Part shown: piece after piece, positions 12,340 through 25,769 of the stretch
How positions within the stretch are numbered: position 1 is the first letter of the stretch
Layout: every line of letters starts with the position of its first letter
NCBI GenBank assembly: GCA_964016885.1
Contig: OZ024765.1
Location: forward strand, 19,406,001-19,470,000
Source of the DNA: Eledone cirrhosa
Lineage: Eukaryota
DNA length: 64,000 bases
Direction of reading: 5' to 3'
Position numbers and translations under genes: made by a program
The notes under the pieces: generated by a model
The model's database searches: none
What the model saw: only the letters and a program-made list of their open reading frames with translations
Told to the model about the DNA's origin: nothing

Positions 12340-14695
12340 TGATGGTGGTGGTGGTGGTGGTGATAGTGGTGGTGGTGGTGGTGGTGATAGTGGTGGTGGT
12401 GGTGGTGGTGGTGATAGTGGTGGTGGTGGTGGTGGTGATAGTGGTGGTGGTGGTGGTGGTGATAGTGGTGGTGGTGGTGGTGGTGATAGTGGTGGTGGTG
12501 GTGGTGGTGGTAGTGGTGGTGGTGGTGGTGGTGATAGTGGTGGTGGTGGTGGTGGTGATAGTGGTGGTGGTGGTGGTGGTGATAGTGGTGGTGGTGGTGG
12601 TGGTGGTGGTGGTGATAGTGGTGGTGGTGGTGGTGGTGGTGATGGTGATAGTGGTGGTGGTGGTGGTGGTGGTGGTGGTGATAGTGGTGGTGGTGGTGGT
12701 GGTGGTGGTGGTGATAGTGGTGGTGGTGGTGGTGGTGATAGTGGTGGTGGTGGTGGTGGTGATAGTGGTGGTGGTGGTGGTGGTGGTAGTGGTGGTGGTG
12801 GTGGTGGTTATAGTGGTGGTGGTGGTGGTGGTGATAGTGGTGGTGGTGGTGGTGGTGGTAGTGGTGGTGGTGGTGGTGGTTATAGTGGTGGTGGTGGTGA
12901 TAGTGGTGGTGGTGGTGGTGGTGGTGGTGATGGTGGCGGTGATGGTGGTGACGGTGGTAGTGGTAGTGGTGGTGATGGTGGTGACGGTGGTAGTGGTGGT
13001 GGTGGTGGTGGTGGTGGTGGTGGTGATGGTGGTGATGGTGGTGGTGGTGATAGTGGTGGTGGTGGTGGTGGTAGTGGTGGTGGTGGTGGTGATGGTGGTG
13101 GTGGTGGTGGTGGTGATGGTGATAGTGGTGGTGGTGGTGGTGGTGGTGGTGGTGATGGTGATGGTGGTGGTGGTGGTAGTGATGATGGTGGTGGTGGTGG
13201 TAGTGGTAGTGGTAGTGGTGGTGGTGGTGGTGGTGGTGAAGGTGATGGTGATGGTGGTGGTGGTTGTGATAGTGGTGGTGGTGGTGGTGGTGGTGATGGT
13301 GGTGGTGGTGATGGTGATGGTGATAGTGGTGGTGGTGGTGGTGGTGGTGGTGGTGATGGTGGTAGTGATGATGGTGGTGATGGTGGTAGTGATGGTGATG
13401 GTGGTAGTGGTGGTGGTGGTGGTGGTGGTAGCAATGGTGGTGGTGGTGGTGGTGGTGGTAGCAATGGTGGTGGTGGTGGTGGTGGTAGCAGTGGTGGTGG
13501 TGGTGGTAACAATGGTGGTGGTGGTGGTGGTGCTGCTGCTGCTGCTGCTGGTAGGAATGGTAGTGGTGGTGGTGGTGGTGTGGTGGTGGTAGCAATGGTA
13601 GTAGTGGTGCTGGTGGTAGCAATGCTGGTGGTGGTATGTAATGTAATGGTGTTGGTGGTGGTATGTAGTGTTATAATGGTGGTGGTGGTGGTGATGGCAG
13701 TGGTGTGGGTTGTGGTGGTAGTAGTGTGGGTTGTGGTGGTGGTGGTAGTGGTGTGGGTTGTGGTTGTGGTGGTAGTAGTGTGGGTGGTGGTGGTGTGGGT
13801 TGTGGTTGTGGTGGTAGTAGTGTGGGTGGTGGTGGTGGCATTAGTGATGGTATGTTGTTGTTGTTGATGTTATGTGTTGGTATGTAATGTAATAGTAGTG
13901 GTGGTGATAGTAATGATGGTATGTAGTGGTGGTGGTGGTATGGAGTTTTGTTGTTGGTTGTGGCAGTGGTAGTGGTGTGGGTGGTGGTATGTAGTGTTGT
14001 GGTGATGTTGATGGTGGTGGTGGCGGTGGTAGTGGTGATGGTGTGGTAGTGGTGGTGGTGGCGTGGTAGTGGTGGTGGCGGTAGTGGCGTGGTGGTGGTG
14101 GTGGTGGTGGTGGTAGTGGTTGTGGTGGTGGTGGTGTGGTGGTAGTGGTGGCAGTGGTGTGGTGGTAGTGGTAGTAGTGGTGGCAGTGGTGTGGTGGTAG
14201 TGGTGGTGGTGGTGGAGGCGGTGGCAGTGGTGTGGGTGGTGGTATGTAGTGTTGTGGTGATGTTGATGGTGGTAGTGGCAGTGGTGTGGTGGTGGCGGTG
14301 GTAGTGGTGGTGGTGTGGTAGTGGTGGTGGTAGTGTTGTGGTGGTGTTGGTGGTGGTAGTGGCAGTGGTGTGGTAGTGGTAGTGGTGTGGTAGTGGTGGT
14401 GGTGTGGTAGTGGTGGTGGTGGTAGTGGCGTGGTGGTGGTGGTGGTGGTAGTGGCAGTGGTGTGGTGGTGGCGCTGGTGGTAGTGGTTGTGGTGGTGGTG
14501 GTGTGGTGGTAGTGGTAGTAGTGGTGGCGGTGGTGTGGTGGTGGCACCGGTGGTGGTGGTAGTGGTGGTGGTGGTAGTGGTGGTGGAGCAGGCGGTGGTG
14601 GCAGTGGTGTGGTGGTGACGTCGGTGGTGGTGTGGTGGTACTGGTTGTGGTGGTGGTGGCAGTGGTGTGGTGATGGTGGTAGTGGTAGTGGTGTC
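12340..14695. repeat. ~2.3-kb (GGT)n/(GTG)n trinucleotide tract, degenerate toward the right
   Basis: Direct reading; yields poly-His, poly-Val and poly-Pro pseudo-ORFs. Confidence 0.95.
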
Positions 14696-14869
14696 ACTGT
14701 AACAAAAGGGTCAGGTGTATGCAGTGTTGTCTTCAGCTCCCTATCCCAGACCTCTGCCAGTCCGGCCATGACCACCCTACCAATCTAGAAGTATCTACAA
14801 CAATCTCATCTAATATTCACTTCCTTTCTTTGTTGGGCTTCTTTTCAATACAGTTAAGCACTTATGATG

Positions 14870-15495
14870 CACCCAGTACACTCTGTAAAGTTAGTACCGG
14901 TGCCACAATAAATTACACCCAGTCCACTCTGTAAAGTTAGTACCGGTGCCACAATAAATTACACCCAGTACACTCTGTAAAGTTAGTACTGGTGCCACAA
15001 TAAATTACACCCAGTACACTCTGTAAAGTTAGTACTGGTGCCACAATAAATTACACTCAGTCCACTCTGTAAAGTTAGTACCGGTGCCACAATAAATTAC
15101 ACCCAGTCCACTCTGTAAAGTTAGTACTGGTGCCACAATAAATTACACTCAGTCCACTCTGTAAAGTTAGTACCGGTGCCACAATAAATTACACCCAGTC
15201 CACTCTGTAAAGTTAGTACCGGTGCCACAATAAATTACACCCAGTACACTCTGTAAAGTTAGTACTGGTGCCACAATAAATTACACTCAGTCCACTCTGT
15301 AAAGTTAGTACTGGTGCCACAATAAATTACACTCAGTCCACTCTGTAAAGTTAGTACCGGTGCCACAATAAATTACACCCAGTCCACTCTGTAAAGTTAG
15401 TACTGGTGCCACAATAAATTACACCCAGTACACTCTGTAAAGTGACAGTGTTGGTGCTACCATACAATACACCCAGTACACTCTGTAAAGTGGTA
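14870..15495. repeat. 46-bp minisatellite, about 13 copies
   Basis: Unit acacccagtacactctgtaaagttagtaccggtgccacaataaatt. Confidence 0.9.
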
Positions 15496-15634
15496 GTGAG
15501 GGCTCACTGATGATGATAACAATAATGGTAGTGGTGATAACAATGATGATGTGCTTAAATGTAATTGATATAATGTATGTGTGTGTGCTGAACATGTATG
15601 AGTAAGTGATCATGATAGCAATAAGGCCTCTCAG

Positions 15635-16960
15635 AGTAAACACCCAAGAGGTCTCCCATGAGATACAACCTCACAGGGGGTCAGCTAAACCTACATAAGT
15701 GGGAGCTGTAACAACATGACAGGACTGGGTCCCCTGTCATTAAAACACCCAAGAGATCTCCCATGAGATACAACCTCACAGAAGGTCAGCTAAACCTACA
15801 TAAGTGGGAGCTGTAAGAACACGACAGGACTGGGTCCCCTGTCATTAAAACACACAAGAGACCTCCCATGAGATACAACCTCACAGGAAGTCAGCTAAAC
15901 CTACATAAGTGGGAGCTGTAACAACATGACAGGACTGGGTCCCCTGTCATTAAAACACACAAGAGACCTCCCATGAGCTACAACCTCACAGGAAGTCAGC
16001 TAAACCTACATAAGTGAGAGCTGTAACAACACGACAGGACTGGGTCCCCTGTCATTAAAACACACAAGAGACCTCCCATGAGATACAACCTCACAGGAAG
16101 TCAGCTAAACCTACATAAGTGGGAGCTGTAACAACATGACAGGACTGGGTCCCCTGTCATTAAAACACACAAGAGACCTCCCATGAAATACAACCTCACA
16201 GGAAGTCAGCTAAACCTACATAAGTGGGAGCTGTAACAACATGACAGGACTGGGTCCCCTGTCATTAAAACACCCAAGAGACCTCCCATGAGATACAACC
16301 TCACAGGAAGTCAGCTAAACCTACATAAGTAGGAGCTGTAACAACACGACAGGACTGGGTCCCCTGTCATTAAAACACACAAGAGACCTCCCATGAAATA
16401 CAACCTCACAGGAAGTCAGCTAAACCTACATAAGTGGGAGCTGTAACAACATGACAGGACTGGGTCCCCTGTCATTAAAACACACAAGAGACCTCCCATG
16501 AGCTACAACCTCACAGGAAGTCAGCTAAACCTACACAAGTGGGAGCTGTAACAACATGACAGGACTGGGTTCCCTGTCATTAAAACACCCAAAAGTGCTC
16601 CCGTGAGATACAACCTCACAGAAGGTCAGCTAAACCTACATAAGTGGGAGCTGTAACAACATGACAGGACTGGGTCCTCTGTCATTAAAACACACAAGAG
16701 ACCTCCCGTGAGATACAACCTCACAGGAAGTCAGCTAAACCTACACAAGTGGGAGCTGTAACAACATGACAGGACTGGGTCCCCTGTCATTAAAACAAAC
16801 AAGAGATCTCCCATGAGATACAACCTGCATAAGTGGGAGCTGTAACAACAAAAACATGATAGAACTGAGGGCCCCTATAATTAAAACACCAGGGATACCT
16901 TTCATGAGTTACAACGCCATAGGAGGCCAGCTAAACCGACAGAGGTGCGAGCTGTAACAT
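15635..16960. repeat. 105-bp tandem repeat, about 11 copies plus degenerate ends
   Basis: taaaacac..aagag recurs at 15741, 15846 and onward; each unit holds the hairpin atgacagg...cctgtcat. Confidence 0.9.
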
Positions 16961-16973
16961 GATAAGTTTATTG

Positions 16974-19305
16974 CAGGAGTGTGCAACATATTCCATTGGC
17001 GAGCCACTTTTGAACATTGGAACAACTATTAGGGCCATTCATATTTATTAAGCACTATTCCAAAGATTCACCACAATTTCTTTCCATAACATAGAACTGG
17101 GAAATTATAACACACATAACCCTATCAGTGAAGCCCTTTAGTATAGGTCAACTGGGGAAATTATAACACATAACCCTATCAGTGAAGCCCTTTAGTATAG
17201 GTCAACTGGGAAAATTATAACACACATAACCCTATCAGTGAAGCCCTTTAGTATAGGTCAACTGGGGAAATTATAACACATAACCCTATCAGTGAAGCCC
17301 TTTAGCATAGGTCAACTGCGAAATTATAACACACATAACCCTATCAGTGAAGCCCTTTAGTATAGGTCAACTGGGGAAATTATAACACATAACCCTATCA
17401 GTGAAGCCCTTTAGCATAGGTCAACTGCGAAATTATAACACACATAACCCTATCAGTGAAGCCCTTTAGTATAGGTCAACTGGGGAAATTATAACACATA
17501 ACCCTATCAGTGAAGCCCTTTAGTATAGGTCAACTGGGAAATTATAACACACATAACCCTATCAGTGAAGCCCTTTAGTATAGGTCAACTGGGAAATTAT
17601 AACACACATAACCCTATCAGTGAAGCCCTTTAGTATAGGTCAACTGGGAAATTATAACACATAACCCTATCAGTGAAGCCCTTTAGTAGAGGTCAACTGG
17701 GAAATTATAACACACATAACCCTATCAGTGAAGCCCTTTAGTATAGGTCAACTGGGAAATTATAACACACATAACGCTATCAGTGAAGCCCTTTAGTATA
17801 GGTCAACTGGGGAAATTATAACACATAACCCTATCAGTGAAGCCCTTTAGTAGAGGTCAACTGGGAAATTATAACACACATAACCCTATCAGTGAAGCCC
17901 TTTAGTATGGATCAACTGGGAAATTATAACACACATAACCCTATCAGTGAAGCCCTTTAGTATAGGTCAACTGGGAAATTATAACACACATAACCCTATC
18001 AGTGAAGCCCTTTAGTATAGGTCAACTGGGGAAATTATAACACATAACCCTATCAGTGAAGCCCTTTAGTATAGGTCAACTGGGAAATTATAACACATAA
18101 CCCTATCAGTGAAGCCCTTTAGTATAGGTCAACTGGGAAATTATAACACACATAACCCTATCAGTGAAGCCCTTTAGTATAGGTCAACTGGGAAATTATA
18201 ACACACATAACCCTATCAGTGAAGCCCTTTAGTAGAGGTCAACTGGGAAATTATAACACACATAACCCTATCAGTGAAGCCCTTTAGTATGGGTCAACTG
18301 GGAAATTATAACACACATAACCCTATCAGTGAAGCCCTTTAGTATAGGACAACTGGGAAATTATAACACACATAACCCTATCAGTGAAGCCCTTTAGTAT
18401 AGGTCAACTGGGAAATTATAACACACATAACCCTATCAGTGAAGCCCTTTAGTATAGGTCAACTGGGAAATTATAACACATAACCCTATCAGTGAAGCCC
18501 TTTAGTATAGGTCAACTGGGAAATTATAACACACATAACCCTATCAGTGAAGCCCTTTAGTATAGGTCAACTGGGAAATTATAACACATAACCCTATCAG
18601 TGAAGCCCTTTAGTATAGGTCAACTGGGAAATTATAACACACATAACCCTATCAGTGAAGCCCTTTAGTATAGGTCAACTGGGAAATTATAACACACATA
18701 ACCCTATCAGTGAAGCCCTTTAGTATAGGTCAACTGGGAAATTATAACACACATAACCCTATCAGTGAAGCCCTTTAGTATAGGTCAACTGGGAAATTAT
18801 AACACATAACCCTATCAGTGAAGCCCTTTAGTAGAGGTCAACTGGGAAATTATAACACACATAACCCTATCAGTGAAGCCCTTTAGTATGGGTCAACTGG
18901 GAAATTATAACACACATAACCCTATCAGTGAAGCCCTTTAGTATAGGTCAACTGGGAAATTATAACACATAACCCTATCAGTGAAGCCCTTTAGTATAGG
19001 TCAACTGGGAAATTATAACACACACAACCCTATCAGTGAAGCCCTTTAGTATAGGTCAACTGGGGAAATTATAACACACATAACCCTATCAGTGAAGCCC
19101 TTTAGTATAGGACAACTGGGGAAATTATAACACACATAACCCTATCAGTGAAGCTCTTTAGTATAGGTCAACTGGGAAATTATAACACACATAACCCTAT
19201 CAGTGAAGCCCTTTAGTATAGGTCAACTAACAGAAAATTGTATTATGGTTACAAAAAAATCCTGACTGGTCTGGTGGCCTGCGGGCCACCTCTTGCATGC
19301 CCCTG
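16974..19305. mobile_element. hAT-like MITE containing an expanded minisatellite
   Basis: Left end caggagtgtgcaa; right end ttgcatgcccctg (RC caggggcatgcaa); subterminal gcg(a/g)gccac motifs. No clear 8-bp TSD. Confidence 0.55.
17092..19228. repeat. ~55-bp minisatellite, about 39 copies
   Basis: Unit caactgggaaattataacacacataaccctatcagtgaagccctttagtataggt with 53-56 bp variants. Confidence 0.95.
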
Positions 19306-19379
19306 AACTGGGGCCTGTATAATTAAACATACAGAAACCCCCAATGAGATACAACCTTATAGGTGTGAGCTGTAAATTT

Positions 19380-19940
19380 TTGTGTGTATATATGGTGTAT
19401 ATATGTTGTGTGTGCATATATATGGTGTATATATATGTTGTGTGTGCATAGATATGGTGTATATATGCTGTGTGTGTATATATATGGTGTATATATGTTA
19501 TGTGTATGTGTGTACATATGTTGCATGTACATATGTTGTGTATGTATGTATATGCAAGTTGCGTCTATGTATGTTATGTATATGTGTTATGTTCATGTAT
19601 GTATATGTATGGTGTGTCTATGAATGTTATGTGTATATATATATGTTGCATGTATATATATGTATGGTGCGTCTATGAATGTTATGTGTATATATATATG
19701 TTGCATGTATATATATGTATGGTGCGTCTATGAATATTATGTGTATATATATATGTTGCATGTATATATATGTATGGTGCTTCTATGAATGTTGTGTATA
19801 TATATATGTTGCATGTATATATATGTATGGTGCGTCTATGAATATTATGTGTATATATATATGTTGCATGTATATATATGTATGGTGCATCTATGAATGT
19901 TATGTGTATATATATATGTTGCATGTATATATGTTGTGTG
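19380..19940. repeat. TG/TA-rich compound tandem repeat
   Basis: Recurrent gtatggtgcgtctatgaat...gttgcatgtatata blocks. Confidence 0.8.
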
Positions 19941-21154
19941 TCCGTATATTCTCACCACCTCTGCCCAGTTCTTCCTTGGTCTTCCTCCGCTACTGTTCCC
20001 CTCCCCACTTCTTTACCCTCACCATCATTAGTTATAATTGTTTCTACTTTTGGCACAAGGCCAGCAATTACCCCAGTGCGTGACTGGTACTTTATTTTAT
20101 CGACCCCGTAAGGATGAAAGGCAAAGTTAACCTCGGCGGGATTTGAACTCAGACCGTAAAGGGACGTAACTCTGTGCCGGAAATCATGGCGACCGACCCT
20201 CTACCGATACTGCCAATTTGCCATCATTATATAATGAGTTCAAATCCCGCCGAGGTTAACTTTGCCTTTCATCCTTACGGGGTCGATAAAATAAAGTACC
20301 AGTAATGCACTGGGTAATTGCTGGCCTTGTTCCTAAAGTAGAAACAATTATATAATGTCCACTTTCCCTGTTAACAAGGGTTGGATGGGTCTACATTAAC
20401 AGAGTCCTGTACTGAAACAGAATCAGTGATCTCAAAGTCAGGCCAGGGGATTGCATCACACTTACATATCGTTCTGCATTCTACCAAGTGCCTTTTATCG
20501 GAGCTTGACCAGCACTAGGGAGATAATCATGTCCTTAACGCAACTGAAGGGTCCTCGCAAACCTTTGCTTGGCAACCTTTCTAGTATGGCTTGGATGCTG
20601 CAGGCTTCCCCTCCCAGCTCGAGCCGGTGGGGCTGGACCGAGGGGCAGCAAAAGACCAAACAGCATCTCCAACTTCCCGTTCTGCGGTGGTAAAGTGATG
20701 CCACATGCAACGGCACATTCTCCAGCAGCAACCTGGTGCAGTCTGCAACTAACCCAGGTTCTGCTGTACTTTGGGCCAAGGAAGAAAAACTCTCCAAATA
20801 TCGGTTGCTCTCCGAAAAGGTTTGCAGTCGAGCTTCTAGCAGTGGAGACTCCTGGTTTCCTTGACTCTAGGACCACCTACTTGTTCCCCACTATCGGCAC
20901 AGAGTTGGCTTCCCGCAAGAATGGCTGTTCCGGCAGGTTTCCCCTCACCATCCACTGGGGAAACACCTTCTCTATTCTGTCTGCCGGGATAGTCATGGCT
21001 GGAATAGCTGATTAACAGGTGTACCCAATCAAGGTTAATAGCAGGGAAATGTATGTGTGTATGTATATGTATGAATGCATGTGTATGTATGCATACATTT
21101 ATGCTTGTATGCATGTTGGTGCATGTATGTATGTATGTATATGTGTATGACCCC

Positions 21155-21550
21155 TTAGCCTTTGTCAAGGCAGAATTCTAGGAGAAGGAAAACTCTGATA
21201 TAACACCTGCAAACCTGATGGTATCCAATGATGTTGACTTGTTCTTCTTTTTGGTAAATATCATCTTGGTTAAGAGAGTGGGACTGGCTTTGTGTAGTGC
21301 CTTTGCTCACTATAAAAGCTTCACGGCACAGGCATTGCTTTATATCTGGAGATCTCTCTGCACTTGTCGTCACATGGCACCATGGGCCCAGCACTATGTG
21401 TCAATAATTGTCACAAGTGTAGTGTTTGTACCAGAGTTTTCAAGTCGCTGGCTGGACTTAAAAGTCACACTCGTTCAGCGCATCGGTAGGGGTTCTCCTA
21501 CATGGATATAAAGTAGTGGCCGTACTCGAAAACGAGTTGGCAGCCACCAT
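21155..21550 (+). mobile_element. Degenerate RTE-like LINE fragment with a C-terminal C2H2-like remnant
   Basis: Translates near 21410-21475 to ...KCSVCTRVFKSLAGLKSH. Confidence 0.45.
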
Positions 21551-22174
21551 ATGTGTATGTATGTATGTATGTATGAATACCCCAGCTTATTGCCAAGTCC
21601 ATAAGCTAGGCAGAGACCAAAAGAGCTGCCCACAAGGGAGAGGATGTAGACCCAGCTGAATATGTCAGATGCAGGACTCTAAAGCTACTTCAGATGTCAC
21701 ATAGACAACCCACCAATGCTCAATCTGTTATTGTAGACATGCTTACAAATGGCTTAGTGGTTAAAGCATTGGGCTTGCAATTGTAAGGTTGTGAGTTCAA
21801 TTTCTTAGACCGGGTGATGTGTTGTTTCCTTGAGCAAGACACTTTAATTCACGCAGCTCCAGTTTACTCAGCTGTATAAAATGAGTTGCGATGTCACTGG
21901 TGTCAAACTGTATCAGCCATTGCCTTTCCCTTGGACATCATCAGTGGTGTGGAGAGCAGAGGATGGTATGCATGGGTGACTGCTGGTCTTCCACAAACAA
22001 AATTGCCTGGATTTGTGCCTTGGAAGGAAACTTTCTAGGTACCAAAGGGGGTCTTTACCCTTTTTTTTTCTGTGGCAACGTTTGCAAGAACCGCTCAGGG
22101 CTCATGATACATTTGAAATGATCTTCGATCTAAGAGGTCTGTCAGGCCAAAAACATGGATTTAATTTGCAGTCT

Positions 22175-22990
22175 CAGTGTCAAACTGTAAGTCTGTTGAC
22201 ATCTTCAACAGTGTCAATGTCAAACTGTAAGTCTGCTGCCATATTCAACAGTGTCAATGTCAAACTAAGTCTGTTGCCATCTTCAACAGTGCCAATGTCA
22301 AACTGTAAGTCTGTTGACATCTTCAACAGTGCCAATGTCAAACTGTAAGTCTGCTGCCATATTCAACAGTGTCAATGTCAAATGGTAAGTCTGTTGCCAT
22401 CTTCAACAGTGTCAATGTCAAACTGTAAGTCTGTTGACATATTCAACAGTGTCAATGTCAAACTGTAAGTCTGCTGCCATATTCAACAGTGTCAATGTCA
22501 AACTAAGTCTGTTGCCATCTTCAACAGTGTCAATGTCAAACTGTAAGTCTGCTGCCATATTCAACAGTGTCAATGTCAAATGGTAAGTCTGTTGCCAGCT
22601 TCAACAGTGTCATGTCAAACTGTAAGTTTGTTGCCATCTTCAACAGTGTCAACGTCAAACTATGTAAGTATGTGCCATCTTCAACAGTGTCAACGTCAAA
22701 CTGTAAGTCTGTTGCCATCTTCAACAGTGTCAACGTCAAACTATGTAAGCCTGTTGCCATCTACAACAGTGTCAACGTCAAACTGTAAGTCTGTTGACAT
22801 CTTCAATAGTGTCAATGTCAAACTAAGTTTGTTGCCATCTTCAGCAGTGTCAATGTCAAATGGTAAGTCTGTTGACATCTTCAATAGTGTCAATGTCAAA
22901 CTGTAAGTCTGTTGCCAGCTTCAACACTGTCATGTCAAACTGTAAGTCTGTTGCCATCTTCAAGTGTCAATGTCAAACTGTGTAAGTCTG
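22175..22990. repeat. ~40-bp minisatellite, about 20 copies
   Basis: Unit gtcaaactgtaagtctgttgccatcttcaacagtgtcaat. Confidence 0.9.
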
Positions 22991-23964
22991 TGTATGCATA
23001 GTGAGAGAGAGAGAGAGAGGTAGAACACTGGAAGGTAATATCCGTAGTGGTAGAGCACTCAGTCCATAGGACAAGTTAGGTAGAAGTGGTTAAATCCATT
23101 ACGAGCTGAGGTGAAACAATTGTTCTCGGTATGGTGAACTAACTGTTGTGTAACCACATATATATATATTATTCAAAATATTAATAAATGAAAAAATTCT
23201 CATAACCAAAATATATATTTTATTATACATATATATATGTGTATATGTGTGTATGTATGTGTGAACGTGTGTATAAATGTGTGTATGTATGTGTATGTGT
23301 GTGTATGTATATGTATGAATGTATGTATGTATGGTGCCATAACTCCTGGTGGAGTCGTAGAGGCACCGTAGTGACATGCGGTGTTTCGTGGATATTTTTA
23401 AACCTGGGGCAGCCAATATCTTCCTGAGAAAGAGTGAAAGAGCTATCAGAGTAAGAGCTGACCCCAGTAGTTGACTGGTACTTTTTTTATCTGTCCATTA
23501 GTAAGATAACTATCATCATCATCATCATCATCATCATCGTATTATGTCCGTTCTTCCACGCTAGCATGGGTTAGACGGGTTGTCCTGTTGTGGGCAATGT
23601 CCGGTCTGCTGACCTTGTCTTGCTCATACAGGAACTGATTCTGGCTTGATTTCTACAGCTGGATGCCCTTCCTAACACCAACCTCATTTACAGTGAGTGC
23701 TGGGGGCTTTTTTTGCCGTGGCACCTCCACGACCACTTCGCAGTAGAATGATAGGGACCCCAGTCCCTATCATCTCATTTCTACAGCTGAGTAAACTGGA
23801 GCAATGTGAAATAAAGTGCCTTGCTCAAGGAAACAACACATCACCCGGTCCGAGTATTGAACTCACAACCTTTCCTTTGCAAGGCCAATGCTCTAACCAC
23901 TAAGCCATGTGCCTTCACTATAATGATACATTAACAAACCAGATGAAACTACGTTAGCAACACA

Positions 23965-24300
23965 TACTCTTGGGTCCCAAATATGGGGGAGGGGGTTGGA
24001 AAGTTGGTAATTTTTCTAGGTTGTTTCCATTAATTTTTTCAAAACCCAGAATTAGACGTTTAGTTTACATATTGAGACTCCAACCCATCCTATTTAGTTT
24101 ATAACATATGCGATTTCTTGTAATGTACTTTTTGTCATGTATAATGTTTTTTTAATGTATAAAGAAAATTAAAATGTTGCAGGAATGCTACCATCTAAAA
24201 TAAAATTTGGCCCGAGATAGATTAGCATAATTTAATAAGGGAAAGGGTTGGAATAAGAATGGAGGGATGGGGGGTTACGACTATTCGAGACCTGAGAGTA
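23965..24300. mobile_element. Tc1/mariner-type MITE, TA-flanked
   Basis: Imperfect TIRs TA-ctcttgggtcccaaata... and ...tattcgagacctgagag-TA. Confidence 0.5.
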
Positions 24301-24986
24301 CTTGAAAAGTACGATAATAACTGCAACACATTAACCCAGTGGTTCCCAACCTTTTGTGCACCATGCCCTACCTGTACAGGTGGTATGGTCCAGTTTCAAG
24401 GCCCAGTGTGACGTTCAGGAAGTCCACTGAACTCAGGTGTTGCTGGATGGTCTTCCAGAATCTGAGGTTGGTGAAGAAGTCCAGGAGATCCTGACCCAAC
24501 TATGGGTTAAATACCCTCACCAACCTGCCAATTGGTCAAGTGTGTTGAGTACAGCTGCAGAGGTCAACCAGGAAGTGGGGAGACCCTGGATAGGATTGGA
24601 TTGGAAGATGCCATGAAATGAGATCAAACAATGACACTTATGACAGAAGGACAAACTGCTTTACCATTTGGCTACAAAGCTGTATCCATACGCTGGTACG
24701 GACATGTGTATAGATGATAACAGATAGGTATAGTAGTACCAGGAGTTCCGAGTGGAAGACCAAGGAAGCCCTGAGTAGGGGTTGATAACAGGACTATTGA
24801 GGTGTTCTCTGTGGGCCTCAGGCCTCTCCAATTGTTTATATGTAAGATATAATATTCATGTGGGCCTCAGACCTCATCAAATGTTTATATGTAAGGTACA
24901 ATATAAAACACATAGGGGCCATTGAAGTGTTCTCTGTAGGACTCACACCTTTTCAAATGCTTATATGTAGGATTATCACCGTTTAA

Positions 24987-25206
24987 CCCTTTAGCATTCA
25001 CATTATTTTATATATACTATTATATTTTAATGGTAAAGGCTTTACCTCACATAATTATCTCACATAATATAGAATCTATGAGATTTTGAAAGTATTTATT
25101 TTGAAAACAATACCTTAACATCAGTTTGAGCGACTGGTTACAGCCAGTTTCAACAGAAAGAGGTAGAGAATTCTGGCCGGTTTTGGCCAGTTTGAACACT
25201 AAAGGG
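24987..25206. mobile_element. Intact ~220-bp piggyBac-type MITE; a partial copy lies at 10576-10702
   Basis: TTAA|CCCTTTAGCATTCA ... TGAACACTAAAGGG|TTAA: TIRs begin CCC and the TSD is TTAA. Confidence 0.85.
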
Positions 25207-25369
25207 TTAATGTCCATTTTCTCACCTAGCATGGGTTGGATAAGTCATCACAGACCAGTTACTACTGAAGCAAACAAAGCCGCTGACCTCCATGTGGACT
25301 TAGAACTCGCAAGACATTCAGATGTTCTCTCAATATCCTAATAAAGTCTGTAAACTCTAGGGTTTCACC

Positions 25370-25617
25370 TGTAGGTATAGACATGCGATGCACATGGATG
25401 ATGACCTCTGGGTAAAGTGCCAGCAAATCCTAGTGGAAGGAAACTGCATTAGAGGTTGACCAAGGAAGATCTGGGCAGAGGTGGTGAAAACTGATCTCAA
25501 ATCAATGAAATTCACAGAGGAGAAGAAGTGGAGAGATGCTGTGCTAAAAAGGACCTGTCCACCTCATGCAAGCATGGAAAAACAGACATAAAAACAATGA
25601 TGATGATGATGATGATA
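25370..25617 (+). mobile_element. RTE LINE 3' fragment. Similar fragments: 11095-11190(-), 24690-24780(+), 27140-27512(+), 48968-49187(+), 51145-51196(-)
   Basis: WYGHV / GRPRKTW-type sequence and (ATG)n tails. Confidence 0.75.
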
Positions 25618-25649
25618 ACAGGGTCATCAGCCAAAACTAACCCCAAGAA

Positions 25650-25696
25650 CTGTCTGATGAGCTTGTAAATATACAAGATGAACTCAAGAGTAACAG
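25650..25696 (+). ncRNA. Degenerate minimal hammerhead (one A missing from GAAA)
   Basis: CUGU-CUGAUGA-G-CUUGUA/AAUA/UACAAG-AU-GAA-CUC-AA-GAG-UA^ACAG; helices I, II and III pair. Confidence 0.55.
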
Positions 25697-25769
25697 GCTA
25701 CTAACTCGACCTTAACAAAACAATATTGACACAACAAAAAGCGCCCAGCCCATCCTGTAAAGTGGTTGA

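Noticed and set aside
17092-19228. ccctatcagtga in the 55-bp unit resembles the tet operator
   Set aside because: Only 12 nt match, the palindromic second half is absent, and no vector sequence is present; a coincidence.
20430-21010. GC-richer stretch with overlapping 80-148 aa ORFs
   Set aside because: No recognisable motif; possibly a decayed retroelement ORF1, but it cannot be supported without a search.
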